In this document: piece after piece, positions 31,609-42,783 of the stretch
How positions within the stretch are numbered: the first letter of the stretch is position 1
Layout: every line of letters starts with the position of its first letter
Program-made: the position numbers and the translations under genes
Origin: Cyanidioschyzon merolae
Taxonomy: Eukaryota
Assembly: GCA_000091205.1 (NCBI GenBank)
Contig: AP006500.2
Length of the DNA: 64,000 nucleotides
Direction: 5' to 3' (one strand)
The notes under the pieces: generated by a model
Database searches by the model: none
Seen by the model: the letters and a program-made list of their open reading frames with translations, nothing else
What the model was told of the DNA's origin: nothing

Positions 31609-33309
31609 CTAGTCGAGCGCAACCTTTGCCAAGGACGCACGTGTCTGCGTCTTGGCTCGGGACCCGATCAGGACGCGCCTCAAAGCGTCTCGATGCGAAC
31701 TCAGTACCGCCCAAATCCAGAGCATCGACATGAGAAGCGTCCAGAGGCTCAACGAACCCGAAGGGATCCATGTCCTGGCACCGACCAGCGTCCGAGATAC
31801 CAGGAGATGGGCGGTGCTCGCCCATATGGTCGTAGCGAGCAGCACCTTGCCACTGGGCCATGGCGCACACGATGCTCGTGTCGTATCCCGGCCATCGGCG
31901 TGATGCAGGGCGATTCGGACCATAGCGGTGGCGAGTGCAGCTCGCACTAGTAAGGTGATAGCATTGTTTGCAATCAAAAGCAGCGGATCTCCAGTGTGGA
32001 TGGCAGCCCAGCGCACGCCGGCGACAAAGCCGATGGAAACCACGGCATTGCACACGGTATGCGTTAGGAGCATACCCGATGAGAGTAGCGGTAAAACTGC
32101 TGTAGTGAGCAATGCGTCTGTCGTTCCAAACAGTGCTGCGGCAACGAGTGAGCGTAGATGCCAGGCCAGGAGCCTCGCGACCGGCGCTCCATGAATCGCT
32201 GCTGTTCGCAGCCATCGTTTTCCGTAGACAATCTCCAAAAACAGCGGAACGTAGACAGGGCCGACCACCGAAAGTAGAATCGCCAGGAGAATCGCACAAA
32301 GCCGTGCGTCTTGCGCGAAACGATATGCCTCGACGAGCTGAGCTGGATCATTCTCGCTGGCGGTGCGGGCTGCCAGGACGCAGACGCTCTCCTCCAGCGG
32401 AAAAAAGAAGAGCCGCAGCACCATCGACGCCAAATTTCCAGTTATCTTATAAGCTCCAATCTGCTCTGCTGTGAGGCGCGTGGAGAAAGCCAAAAACACG
32501 TTCTCTGCATCGGACGCCAAAAACTTGAGCGCAGCATGGAACGACGCATGTAGCCATAGCCGTCGGCTGTCCGTATCCCGCCTCTGATCCGCTTGGCGTC
32601 GTCTCTTTCGCGACCCGAGACGCCTCTGAAAACTTAGCCAGGAATGCGCCAGCACAACTACCCGGACGAAACTCTGTGCAAACCACCCCAATGCAGCGCC
32701 CAGTGCATCATCGCCAGTCACATAGGCAATCGATACCGCAGATAGATGCTGCGCAAGCGCCGCAAGGCCGTCCGCTCGTGCACGCCCTGCGAGTGCCCCA
32801 GCGTCGCCGTGCAACAAACACTGTACATGGAGCCATTCGCCTATGGATGCCTCTAACAGGGCTCCGGCTCCGACGAATGCGTACGCCATGTCCACGGGTC
32901 CGGAGCTGATTTTCGCTGAAGCTCTCTTCCGAAACGCAGCATCATTGCCAACAAAGACGATGACACACCAGAAGATATTCATCCAAAACCAGAAGCGTCG
33001 TTGAGCGAACTCGGGGCGCTGCAACACGACGCGCCGTACTACCTCCCGGGCAGGCCAGAGTGCAACTGCGACCGACAAGCCCAGGTACACGTCCGAGAAC
33101 GCTATCGCAGCTGGCCCAAACCGGCGCGCTAAAAGCGTACGCAGTGCAAAGCTGATCACTTTGCTCAACAGGGACCAGAGGATCGTGGACCTCACGTTCG
33201 CGCTAGCCGTCTCTATGGCGACCTGGGAACCGCTCATCCGGTCAGCGCTCGCGTGCCGTCTCGAGCGCTGCAACGGCTTCGGCTCTCCAGTCGTTCCCGC
33301 TTTTTCCAT
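31609..33309 (-). CDS. RFT1: Multi-pass membrane protein resembling RFT1 (the Man5GlcNAc2-PP-Dol flippase family protein)
   Basis: ATG at 33309. Translation is 566 aa with at least 10 predicted hydrophobic helices. The N-terminal segment STILWSLLSKVISFALRTLLARRFGPAAIAFSDVYLGLSV resembles the Rft1 N-terminus (LL.R.LTF.LNQ...R.....FG.A.I.FEL). The assignment is by resemblance only. Confidence 0.55.
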   Translation of the reverse strand: MEKAGTTGEPKPLQRSRRHASADRMSGSQVAIETASANVRSTILWSLLSKVISFALRTLLARRFGPAAIAFSDVYLGLSVAVALWPAREVVRRVVLQRPEFAQRRFWFWMNIFWCVIVFVGNDAAFRKRASAKISSGPVDMAYAFVGAGALLEASIGEWLHVQCLLHGDAGALAGRARADGLAALAQHLSAVSIAYVTGDDALGAALGWFAQSFVRVVVLAHSWLSFQRRLGSRKRRRQADQRRDTDSRRLWLHASFHAALKFLASDAENVFLAFSTRLTAEQIGAYKITGNLASMVLRLFFFPLEESVCVLAARTASENDPAQLVEAYRFAQDARLCAILLAILLSVVGPVYVPLFLEIVYGKRWLRTAAIHGAPVARLLAWHLRSLVAAALFGTTDALLTTAVLPLLSSGMLLTHTVCNAVVSIGFVAGVRWAAIHTGDPLLLIANNAITLLVRAALATAMVRIALHHADGRDTTRASCAPWPSGKVLLATTIWASTAHLLVSRTLVGARTWIPSGSLSLWTLLMSMLWIWAVLSSHRDALRRVLIGSRAKTQTRASLAKVALD

Positions 33310-33863
33310 GGAGTACTCGCGGAAGTGGTCCTAGCGGCGACGGAAACAACGCGCGAACGATAATTCTTTCGTCTTGTCGCACTTGACGCAACAAGCTCGC
33401 TACAACCCCGCTCACGCAGTGCAAGAGACCGCTGCAGCCCGCTGCGGAACGACTCGAGAGGCTGCCAAGCCGGTGCAAAACGTCCGACCTCCAAAGCGTT
33501 CCGCCAGTGCGGAGCATCCGTTACGTTGGGTGCCTCTTCTACAGCGCAACCGGCAGAGAGACGGCTACGATGGAGGCTCCAGTGCACGTACCGCGCAACG
33601 AGGAGTGTTCCACTTTACAACGGCAGCAAGCTGCAGGATACAACACGAGAATCACAGACTGTTGCTTATGGAGCTTCAAGCGTACCGATTGTACTGGACG
33701 CTGGCCTGAATCCGCGGAGGTATTCGTGTGGGATCCGGATGCGCAACGTCGTGAATCGTTTTTCTGTGCAGACGTCCTTGCTGAGGAACAACTGGACGTA
33801 TCTACTTTCATACGTAGTGTGTCTGTATAGTCGGTACACCTCGCTCGCTGGCGTCGAAACGGT

Positions 33864-34268
33864 ATGCAGCAGTGCGAACTTGACCACGTTGCACTGAACG
33901 CCACAGACGTTGATCGACTCTTAAAGTTTTACGCTGGGCTTTTCGGCTGGTGCACTGAACGAGTGGACGAGTGGCGCGAGGGCAAGGTGCCTTTCCCGTC
34001 GCTGCGCGTGAACGCCCGCACGATCATTGACCTGTTCCCGTCTTCAGAATCAATGACGCTGAAACAGAGCTCCGACACGCATCTGAACCACTTTTGCATA
34101 GCTGTAGATCTTTCGACTTTCCGTGCTGTACAAAGCAAAGCGCAAGAACTGGGTGCTGAGGCGGCCGGCGGGCCGCGGCAACTCTGGGGAGCCCGTGGTA
34201 TGGCAGTTTCCCAGTATTACAAGGATCCCGAAGGCAACTTGTTCGAAGTTCGTTGCTATGAAGCATAA
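33864..34268 (+). CDS. Glyoxalase / bleomycin-resistance / VOC-family protein
   Basis: ATG at 33864. The 134-aa protein contains LDHVALNATDVDRLLKFYAGLFGW...HFCIAVD...YKDPEGNLFEV, a typical VOC beta-alpha-beta-beta-beta module. Confidence 0.65.
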   Translation: MQQCELDHVALNATDVDRLLKFYAGLFGWCTERVDEWREGKVPFPSLRVNARTIIDLFPSSESMTLKQSSDTHLNHFCIAVDLSTFRAVQSKAQELGAEAAGGPRQLWGARGMAVSQYYKDPEGNLFEVRCYEA

Positions 34269-35125
34269 GCTTTGGAAAGCGGGTTATGAAAGGTCACTCG
34301 CGCGGCGGCATACCGTTTCCGGGCGAGCGAAGCGCACGTCGGCAGCGCGCGACAGCCTAGCACGCTGCACAGCGCCGAGCGCGTGCCTGGAAGAGCGTCC
34401 ACTGCGCTCGGGCGTCGCTACCCAGCAATAACGTCGTAGAGGAGGCCAGCACGTGCTGCATAGTGACCGGAGCCCGTTTCCAGCAATTCTTTGCGCGAAT
34501 CGCAGCCCATGATTCATCGACTGGAGGTAGGCTTGCGTCAGCGGTCTTCCCGTTCGCAGGCGAAACTGCACTGAGCTGCTCGTTCACCTCGAACGGTCGC
34601 GTTTGGCAAGCACGGTACAATGCAGAATATTGAGGGGGACCGGTCCCGCATCCGTAAAGTGCTCACATCGATCAGCGTGCGGAACGATATTTACATCCAA
34701 TTTCACGCGATACATATCGACCACCATCATGGTTTGGCTTCTGATGCCTCCAGACCAAATCCCGTGTTCAGAGGATCGCGCTTCTTTCGACGCATGCTGG
34801 TGCACTCGCCCGAGGACAGCGGGAACAGCAAACGCATGTCGCCGCAGTGCATATACACTGGATGGACGACCACTCGCTTTCGAGCAGTCGACGCTCGCGA
34901 GTATTCAGCAAACGTCTTCATCATGACGATGTCGCAGTTCCTAGGAATACGCTGTGACACAGCGGCCGGTGTCGCGTTGGTGGCATCCCGCTCCCTTGTT
35001 GTCGCTCGTGCGTCCGCATGTGCACCGATGGACGCACCAGTGGGCGTCAACGCATTCGGGGTACCAACTGCGTAGCGACGTCACCGAAAACTTGCGAGTA
35101 GCCGAACCTTTGCTTGACGCATAGC

Positions 35126-35833
35126 CTAATATCGCTCAAAACGAGCACCAAGTAGACCAGCACCTGCCCATGGAGTCGGTACGACAACAATATCGTGCGT
35201 GGTAATCGAGCAGTCAGCTTCTGAAGTGCGCAAACCCCTCACAATCGAAAACACCACAGGTTGAGCGCGATGCTCGGACACCGTCACCGCAAGCGTCTCC
35301 CAGTCAGTACAGGAGGCGACGCGTACAACTAGGTCGCCTTCTTGGAGGCCTCCCTGGGCCGCTGGTGACCCAGCCTCTACCTGCACCACCTTTGCGAACG
35401 GTCTCAGGTTCGACTGACCCAGACTCGTCCCAGTCCATTCTGAGCGTTGTGCTGGCTGGTTGTCTCCGGGGCGGTGTTCCCGGCTCGAGGCAGTCCGCAC
35501 TGCTGGTGCGCTCTCAACAACTCGTGACACAGACGCGGTAGACCGTGCGGTTTGCGCGTGTGTTGGCCCGCTCGTCAGCACCTCCGGAAGCAGCCTTTCA
35601 ATTTCTCTCATTATCAGACGATAATCGGTTTGCAGGCACACGAGACGTTGACGATACTGGCGGATCTGGTACACATCGCAGTCCGAACGGGGGAAGCCGT
35701 CCTCGTCAACGAGTGGACCTCGCACCCCGGCAGGCGTGACTTCTAGACAGGATACCAAGCGTTCAATCTCACGCTCGATTTCTTCTTTCTGTAAAGCTAG
35801 CGCTCGTAGGCGCTGTACGCTGTCGGAGGTCAT
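35126..35833 (-). CDS. PSMD9: 26S proteasome non-ATPase regulatory subunit 9 (Nas2/p27 proteasome assembly chaperone), with a PDZ domain
   Basis: ATG at 35833. Motifs: LVDEDGFPRSDCDVYQIRQYRQRLVCLQTDYRLIM (Nas2 N-domain), RPFAKVVQVEAGSPAAQGGLQEGDLVVRV (PDZ) and VVVPTPWAGAGLLGARF, compared with human PSMD9 LVPTRWAGKGLLGCNI. Confidence 0.85.
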   Translation of the reverse strand: MTSDSVQRLRALALQKEEIEREIERLVSCLEVTPAGVRGPLVDEDGFPRSDCDVYQIRQYRQRLVCLQTDYRLIMREIERLLPEVLTSGPTHAQTARSTASVSRVVESAPAVRTASSREHRPGDNQPAQRSEWTGTSLGQSNLRPFAKVVQVEAGSPAAQGGLQEGDLVVRVASCTDWETLAVTVSEHRAQPVVFSIVRGLRTSEADCSITTHDIVVVPTPWAGAGLLGARFERY

Positions 35834-36164
35834 TTTTTCGACGTCTCAGACAGGCGAACGACGGCGCGTAGCTCCAGGCGTTGCCCGGGAACCTTTACGG
35901 ACGAGGTCGTTTACGACGCTCAAAAGGTCCAAAGATCACAATCCGAAAAAAACATCGGAACTTGGTCTGAAAGAAATCTGAATAGAGCGCTGACGCTCTA
36001 TCCGACTTTTGATTAACAATAGCAACAACAACCGACCTCACGACATTGTCAAAGTCGAAACTGTCGAGCAACGGAACGCACGAAAACCGCACAACTCATC
36101 ACAGTACCTCATTCCGGCGTCTGTGCAGCATTCATAACAAGCATAGGGGATCAACGTATATTCG

Positions 36165-36640
36165 TACTCGATACACTACTATGCCTAGTTTGTTTACCAT
36201 CAGTAAACCTAACGAAACTCCTACTGAGTAGAGAGATGCATACCTCACCCGCACAAGCGTAACACCCTACGATGGCTACGCTTTCGACAGAAGCATCGCG
36301 AGGTATCTTGCCAGGCCCCAACATCCCCATGTATGTCAGGGCGGTACTGCGATAGGCTGTAGTCTCGGCACCAGGGAAATATCCTATCGCAGGGGATTAT
36401 TCCGTGTGAGTTTCCGATTTACGATACCTGATTTCCGCTGCAGAGCGATGCGTGCTGGTGAGAACACGCATGCGCCAATGCGGCATCGGACACGTGTCTC
36501 CTTTATGGATCGGTGTGAGCACTGCGGTCGGGCAGCGCTTCACGGGACCTGGCAGGCATGAGATACGACGCGCATGCCGCCGCCGTTGAAGAGAAACTTG
36601 ATCTTGATTTCCAGCGTATAGCCGAAATGTAAGAGTTGTA
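36165..36640. repeat. Family-3 dispersed element, second full copy, immediately left of module copy B
   Basis: See 27480..28010. Same orientation. Confidence 0.5.
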
Positions 36641-37033
36641 TTTTCGTTAACTTCATAGCCAAGCACAGTTTTTCAGTTCATTTGTGTTTCACACCTCAAC
36701 TAAAAAATTCGATTGATATTTCGCAGTATATAACGGAGGCTTTCGAATAGCGTGCTTTTTCGAAAAAGACGCTAAAAAAGGAAAGTTATGGGAAAGCGAG
36801 TCGACGAGCCTTGAGGCCCAGTGTCGCCGGCTGCCTGAAAAACAAAAAACAGTGCCGAGTCAAGAAGAAAAGAAAAGAAAAAGAAGCAAAAGGGAGAGGC
36901 CCTACGTCGAAGGCTGCAATAAAGACGACAGTGCGACGAAATCGTAGTAAAACCCTGTCTTCGTAGACATATCAAGGGTCCGCACAAGGAAAAGTCGCAA
37001 GACGCCATCAGAATCCATATCGCGTCTTACTCC

Positions 37034-37699
37034 ATGAGTATTATAAAGGCGTCGTTAGGACTAATGCATTTGGAGAAGGATACGTGTCGCAACGTGACGG
37101 ACATCAAAACAATTGACGTTCTGGAAGAATTTTTCAACAAGACCTTCACCCGCCACCTGATGCTTGGCACCGGGGAAACGTCGAGTGGAAGTGAGCGAGC
37201 GCATGCCCTCCACGAAAATCACGCCGAATACCGCTTCAGCGGTACTCGATACAGGGGCGACTTGTGTATTGACACCTGCGGGGCGGTCAGGTACTTCACG
37301 AACCTGAAGATCCATTTGACCGTGAAACTCGAATGCTTCACGATACGCGTCCTGTTTGCGCTGTACTCGGGCCTCTCGCGCACAGGAATATGGGTCATTA
37401 TCGATGGCATCACGAATGATCGCCAGCACGAACAGGAGACTGAGCTCGTCGAAGAGAAGATATCACACAGGAGAACGAATGAGGCTTCTGTCATCCGTGC
37501 GGCTATGCAAGAGCATCGTGCGGACTTGGTGCTCGCGCATCCAGCAGAAAAGGTATCAGATATGAAAAAAGATGAAGAAAGATGCTGTTCCCGAGCCCTG
37601 CGCTATTTTATGTTTTTGGGCCGGGATCTGGAACGCATGGCCGAAAAGCAGCTGAGTCGCGGAAAAATGAAGATTCGGAGAAATGGAAGGCTTTCCTAA
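37034..37699 (+). CDS. ORF1 copy B (221 aa, unknown function)
   Basis: Intact paralog of 19121..19786. Confidence 0.4.
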   Translation: MSIIKASLGLMHLEKDTCRNVTDIKTIDVLEEFFNKTFTRHLMLGTGETSSGSERAHALHENHAEYRFSGTRYRGDLCIDTCGAVRYFTNLKIHLTVKLECFTIRVLFALYSGLSRTGIWVIIDGITNDRQHEQETELVEEKISHRRTNEASVIRAAMQEHRADLVLAHPAEKVSDMKKDEERCCSRALRYFMFLGRDLERMAEKQLSRGKMKIRRNGRLS

Positions 37700-39038
37700 T
37701 GGGTACGCGCTTCAACGTCGTTCCGATATGCAGCATCAACTCACATTTCGTGGCAGTCTGCTCCAGCGTCCCTCATGGCATCATGAGGGATATCTGTCAG
37801 GAGTTCGATGCAGGCAAGAAGGAGTTCATGGGCCAAAACCGGGAAACTCATTGGAAGAATATCTTCGATTTCAAACGTCTCAATACGGGCAAGAAAGGGT
37901 ATTCACGGGGACCATCGGAAGCGATGGGGCAGCCATGTGTGTCCACTACCGGCGGCTGAGGGCGGATCGACCTATCGTGCCTTCGGCTTCGCCCTCGCCG
38001 AAGCATGAAGAAAAGAAGGAGGCAGATCCTGCGACACAGGAGGTGCAGGATAACGAGCTTGTCGTTGGCTCGGCGAAGCATGAAGAAAACAACAAGGTAG
38101 ATCCTGCGACTCAGAAAGTGCAGGATAACGAGCTTGTCGTTGGCTCGGCGAAGCATGAAGAAAACAACAAGGCAGATCCTGCGACACAGGAGGTGCAGGA
38201 TAACGAGCTTGTCGTTGGCACCGACCCGGGGAACACAAATATCGTTACCATCGCTGTACCCAAGCGTGCGGAAGATGGTCCTGACGTTAGCTCACGTCAG
38301 AAAGACATGCTTCTTTTAAAGTTCTAAACATAGAAATACCATCGAGAATCGGGAATACTGAATACGAGGAAGAAAATCGAGACGTGGAATGCCGGAGTGC
38401 AAGAGCATCTGGAAGCTTTGAGCGAGCTGACGAGCCGAGGAGCGGACTTTCAGGCTTTTCGGAAATCCATGAAAGTTCGTGTTGCTCATTGGGAGGCGCT
38501 GTGGGAGGAGTATCCAAAGCCCCGGTGGGCTCGTCAGCGACTGATCTTGTGTTGTGGGAAATAGGGAGCGTTCGCCAACTTTTTCAATGCGTTCGGCGCC
38601 CTCAAAGAGGACGAGAGTCAGAGGCTCGCAATAGCGTATGGAGCAGGGCGCTGGATGACCCAAAAAGGGTGTACACAGCTCCATCGACAAGAGCGTACAA
38701 GAAGTGTGCACATCGTTTTGTCACAATACCTATAGATGAGTTCCTAACGTCCTATATGCACCATGAGCTGGGGTGCACACTTCCGAGCGTCGAGACGGAA
38801 AAGCGTCAGCGGGGCCCTGAGGATATAGCAAAGTACGGAGCGCTGACAGAGCAGCAAGTAGAAAGTAGGGCGAAAGTTCCTGGGCTACGTGCACTGGTGC
38901 GTACAACCAGTGATGGCAAGAAACGTATAGCGTTTGTCAATCGTGACTCGAACGCCGCTATCAATACCAGGAGATGTACGGTGATGGAGACGAGACCCCC
39001 GGAGTTGATACGATCCAACTTTACGGGGCAGCCTCTCA
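37683..39038 (+). pseudogene. Type-1 TnpB/Fanzor-like pseudogene, copy B
   Basis: RuvC-I-like LVVGTDPGNTNIVTIA at 38205-38252. The zinc finger and NRDSNAAIN (38939-38965) are in the frame of ORF 38384..39802. The same frame disruptions as copy A are present, plus one extra stop. Confidence 0.55.
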
Positions 39039-39202
39039 AGGTGGACTTACCCAGGGACAAGTTGGAACCAGTAGTAGGTGGCCGGTCCAAAAAGACCGGG
39101 AGGCGTCTGCACGTCAGCGTACCGACATCCACACTATCGGCGTCGTGTATATGCGTCGGTATACCTGTTTTGTCTGTGGTAGCTGAGAAGCATGGCCCGT
39201 GG

Positions 39203-39802
39203 ATGACTTTTTCGAGTCGTTTCTTTCGGCAGCTGATTCGCGGTGTCAGCTATGTGCCGGTCGTGTACGTTGTCCACGATCTTGTCGGTACGATTGTTCC
39301 CGTGAGGGGTGCGTCTATGCAACCAACCCTGAACCCAGGTGCGGCTGCAGGGGAGCTACCTCCCGGACAAGTTAGCGGCAGTCAGGATGTCGTGTTGGTT
39401 AGCCGGCTTCTCCGCGCTGTTTGGAACGTAAGGCGTGGGGATATCGTCGTTTTGCGGTCTCCCGACGCGGGACCGCAGAAGCGACTCGTGAAAAGGGTGG
39501 CCGCTCTAGAGGGGGATCGCGTTTACAACCACCGCACTGGGAAGTTTGTGGAGGTTCCACCTGGCCACTGCTGGCTCGTAGGTGACAACCGTACGGTGTC
39601 CCGTGACTCGGCTAGCCACTACGGGCCGGTTCCGCTGGGACTCCTCGAAGGACGCGCAGTGGCGGTTATCTGGCCACCACGTCGCTGGCAGGTGCTCGCG
39701 ACGTCACCAAGCACAGGTTTGTGGCTCGACACTCGGAACAGCGAGGGAGACCAACTGCCAGCCAAGAAGCAAGTGCTGGCCAAGTCGGCAACTACGAAGT
39801 GA
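39203..39802 (+). CDS. IMP1: IMP1/IMP2-type S26 mitochondrial inner membrane peptidase, paralog B
   Basis: ATG at 39203. All catalytic boxes match copy A. There are 2 aa differences (P/T, V/I) in the N-terminal segment. Confidence 0.8.
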   Translation: MTFSSRFFRQLIRGVSYVPVVYVVHDLVGTIVPVRGASMQPTLNPGAAAGELPPGQVSGSQDVVLVSRLLRAVWNVRRGDIVVLRSPDAGPQKRLVKRVAALEGDRVYNHRTGKFVEVPPGHCWLVGDNRTVSRDSASHYGPVPLGLLEGRAVAVIWPPRRWQVLATSPSTGLWLDTRNSEGDQLPAKKQVLAKSATTK

Positions 39803-40037
39803 ATGGCTGAACGTCCGGATGGTGAGCAGAGAACGGCGCTATGGAGCAGCACCCATTTCAGAATACCATACAACGGATCCGCTCAGCGAACTCGGGCGTA
39901 GACGCTCAAGTCTGGACCGCTTCGCATTGTCATCTACAAGAGGTTTTGTGGGCGTTTTCTTCGAGTACGTCCTTTTCCTCGCTCTTGTCTCCGGTATTGT
40001 ATACGTCGAACGATGCATGTTTTCTTGTTGGGTTGCC

Positions 40038-41546
40038 AGTAACCGAGGCATGTCGACGGCAGCGGTAGAGTCGCGGTATCGCCTCTTCGGGCAGTTGTGG
40101 ACGCATTTCATGCCCAGGCAAAAGTTGCCATCGATGGGTCCTCTGTATTTGTATGCAACGTCGGTGCTCCGTTTGCAGCGGTGACAAACTTGGGCGTGTT
40201 CTGGCGTTCCCATGCGTCCCCAACGTACGTTCTCCCTCTCGGAAGGGCGCTTTGTGGTACCTGTACGCCAGCTCCATCACCCACCATATGGTATCGACGG
40301 GTGCAGAGGGCTTGCCCCGAGATCGTCCTCCGTTTCGGCGCCTGGTGCCGTAAACTGCGATGACGGGCTCGTTCTGGTCGATCGCCTCGGCGAGCACCAG
40401 ACGCGCTGCAAACACAAGTGCAAACGCCTCCTCTCGATGACTCAACATGCGCTGGCTTGCGCGCTCTTCGCTCCCTGAGTACGCTTTTGGCGAAACATGG
40501 CGATGATCGTGACGCGCATCGCGTTGCCGTACCTACTCGTGGGCATTGTGTGTCCACGTGCTTCACTTGTATGCGAGCGTGCAGTCACGGCTTCTGGGAC
40601 TCGCTGCTGCTTCCGTCGCTTGCTCGCTGGACGGACGTTTTTCGCGTTCATTATCTTCCGCTGATACGAAGAGTACAGGCGCGCTAGCAGAATGCACGGC
40701 TGCTGGTCCAAGTCAAGTATGCGGGCACAAAACCCGAGCAGCCATAGCTTCGCCTGTTGCCACCAGGGGTATTGGGTCTCTGTTTGGGTAAAAGAGGAGC
40801 GCAGGTGCAGGGGTCCGCACTGCATGCTCCAGGCTGGTGCAGAGTGCATTGGAGAGCATCCTCGCGAGGCGATGCATTTGTACGGGTCGTTGCTCGTCTG
40901 CGTAGTAGCTCGTCTGCATAGTAGCTCGTCTGGGCTGTACGGGTCGTTGCTGGTCTGCGCAGTAGCTCGTCTGGGCTGTATAGGTCATTGCTCCTCTTCG
41001 TAGTAGCTCGTCTGGGCTGTACGGGTCGTTGCTCGTCTGCATAGTAGCTCGTCTGGGCTGTTCGGGTCGTTGCTGGTCTGCGCAGTAGCTCGTCTGGGCA
41101 GGGGTGCGTTTCAGCTCTGACGGTGTCATGAATCGTATGGGAGGTTCGCTGTTGTCCTTGTTGATAATGGCGATATTGGCCGATACGCTTACGCAGTCGG
41201 TCTCGACGAAAGACGCAACCTCTCCTGGTCGTATTGCGAAGCTGGTATTCCCGCAGTTTTTCCTTCCCGCTTGCATCTATTGCTTGCGAGGCATGGTGTT
41301 GCCACTGCCGAGCGGTGTTTCCTCGATGACCGTGAAGAAAAGCGGATTCGACTTGAGCACCGAATCGATTATTTGACGTGACAAATCCAGTCGACTTTCG
41401 GAACGGGCCTGCGAACAAGGCATCAAGGGGTGACGTCGAGGCTGTCTGCTCGTCAACCCAACAGAGCGCATTGCTGCGTCCACGAGTTGCCCTGAATCGG
41501 AAAGATCGAAAACTTGAAGCATGTGAGATTCGGGTATGCCACACAT
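40038..41546 (-). pseudogene. Type-2 TnpB/Fanzor-like relic, copy B
   Basis: ORF 39839..40213(-) carries the CHRC...FCLGMKCVHNC...YRDSTAAVDM tail. RuvC-II-like LVLAEAIDQN is in ORF 39930..40448(-). Confidence 0.45.
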
Positions 41547-42783
41547 AAGGAGAGAAGAAGCGAAGCAGCTTGCAAATATGAGTTGGATATCGATTTCTGT
41601 TTTTTTACGGACCCGTGTTCGGGGGTATCGCGAATCATTCTGACTCCGATGAAAGAACGCATTCCAGCGGTAAATCGTTCAAGGTAACGCTCCGAAAACA
41701 CGACCAAGAATCCTAAAACTACGCGTGAACCCGTATGCCCATAGTGCTGCACTTGGAATCTTGATGCCGCAGATCCAGAGAAAAACGTTTGGATGTATCG
41801 CAAGCTAGGAAGAGCGCAAGCAGCTCAAAACTCCATGATAACGTAATACGGTTCTAGAGACCTGCTCTGGGGCCGCGCTCCCATCCGCAGAGGCAGCGCA
41901 CGAAAGCAAAAGCACAGGACGACTGCACCAGACACCAGCGAGACCGCGGCTCACGACCCGCTCGACAGACACCTGCGTTTGCTCCTTCATCGCACCGCTG
42001 CTTGCACTGCCTCAGACTCGTTCATAACCCAGCATACAAAAGCGTAGAGCGAGATTGTATCCCCCTTCACCGGCTGATCTGACAGGTGTCTTGCGCTGTT
42101 GCTGCTGTTGCTGCTGTTGCCGGTTCTGCAGGCCTCAACTCAAGCGCTCTGAAGTGCAGCAAGCGCATCGCCGGTTCCCCAGCACGTCTGCATGCGCTTT
42201 ACAGGCAACGGAAAGCCAGCGCGTGCGAGAGACGCTCGTATCCCGCCAACGCACTTGCCACGACTTTAACTCGACCAGGAGGCACAAACCTTCCTGCCCA
42301 GCCGAACCGAAGGTTGAACACGCTCTCGTAGCAGCGACGAATAACCGTCTGCGACAATCTTCAGGGACAAGAGGTCAGTCTCATACGAGTGCCTGACCAG
42401 AAAACCGTTATTCCCAGGTACCTAAACCCGAGCGTCTATCCCAGGTCACTAGAGCTGCACCTAGCGCCAGCACAGTGCACTCGGAGACGCAGCACTTACT
42501 CCAAAGTCGTAGCTTTCTCAAGTCGATATCGAACAGTGCTGGAACCGGTTCCCGGCATACTTGCGTCCATTCACGCTAGACTCTATGTGCAGTTCGAACA
42601 AGTGCCTACAAAACCTTGTGCAGTTTCCCGCATCCAGGATGCATATCGCACGCGCTGGTGACTGCTGAACCGCATCATCGACCGATCCACCAGGTGTTGT
42701 ACTGCTTCTTTCACTATCGATCCACCTGGCGCGTTCGCGTTGGTTCAGGATATGCACAGGCTGCCCGACGACAACCAGGACTC

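Larger units (their letters stand above)
36726..41915 (+). repeat. Copy B of the ~5.2-kb duplicated module
   Basis: Collinear with 18808..24185. It has 3 rather than 4 units of the 75-bp array, fewer 41-bp units, and a TAG in the RuvC-II-like frame at ~38563 where copy A reads CAG. Confidence 0.85.
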
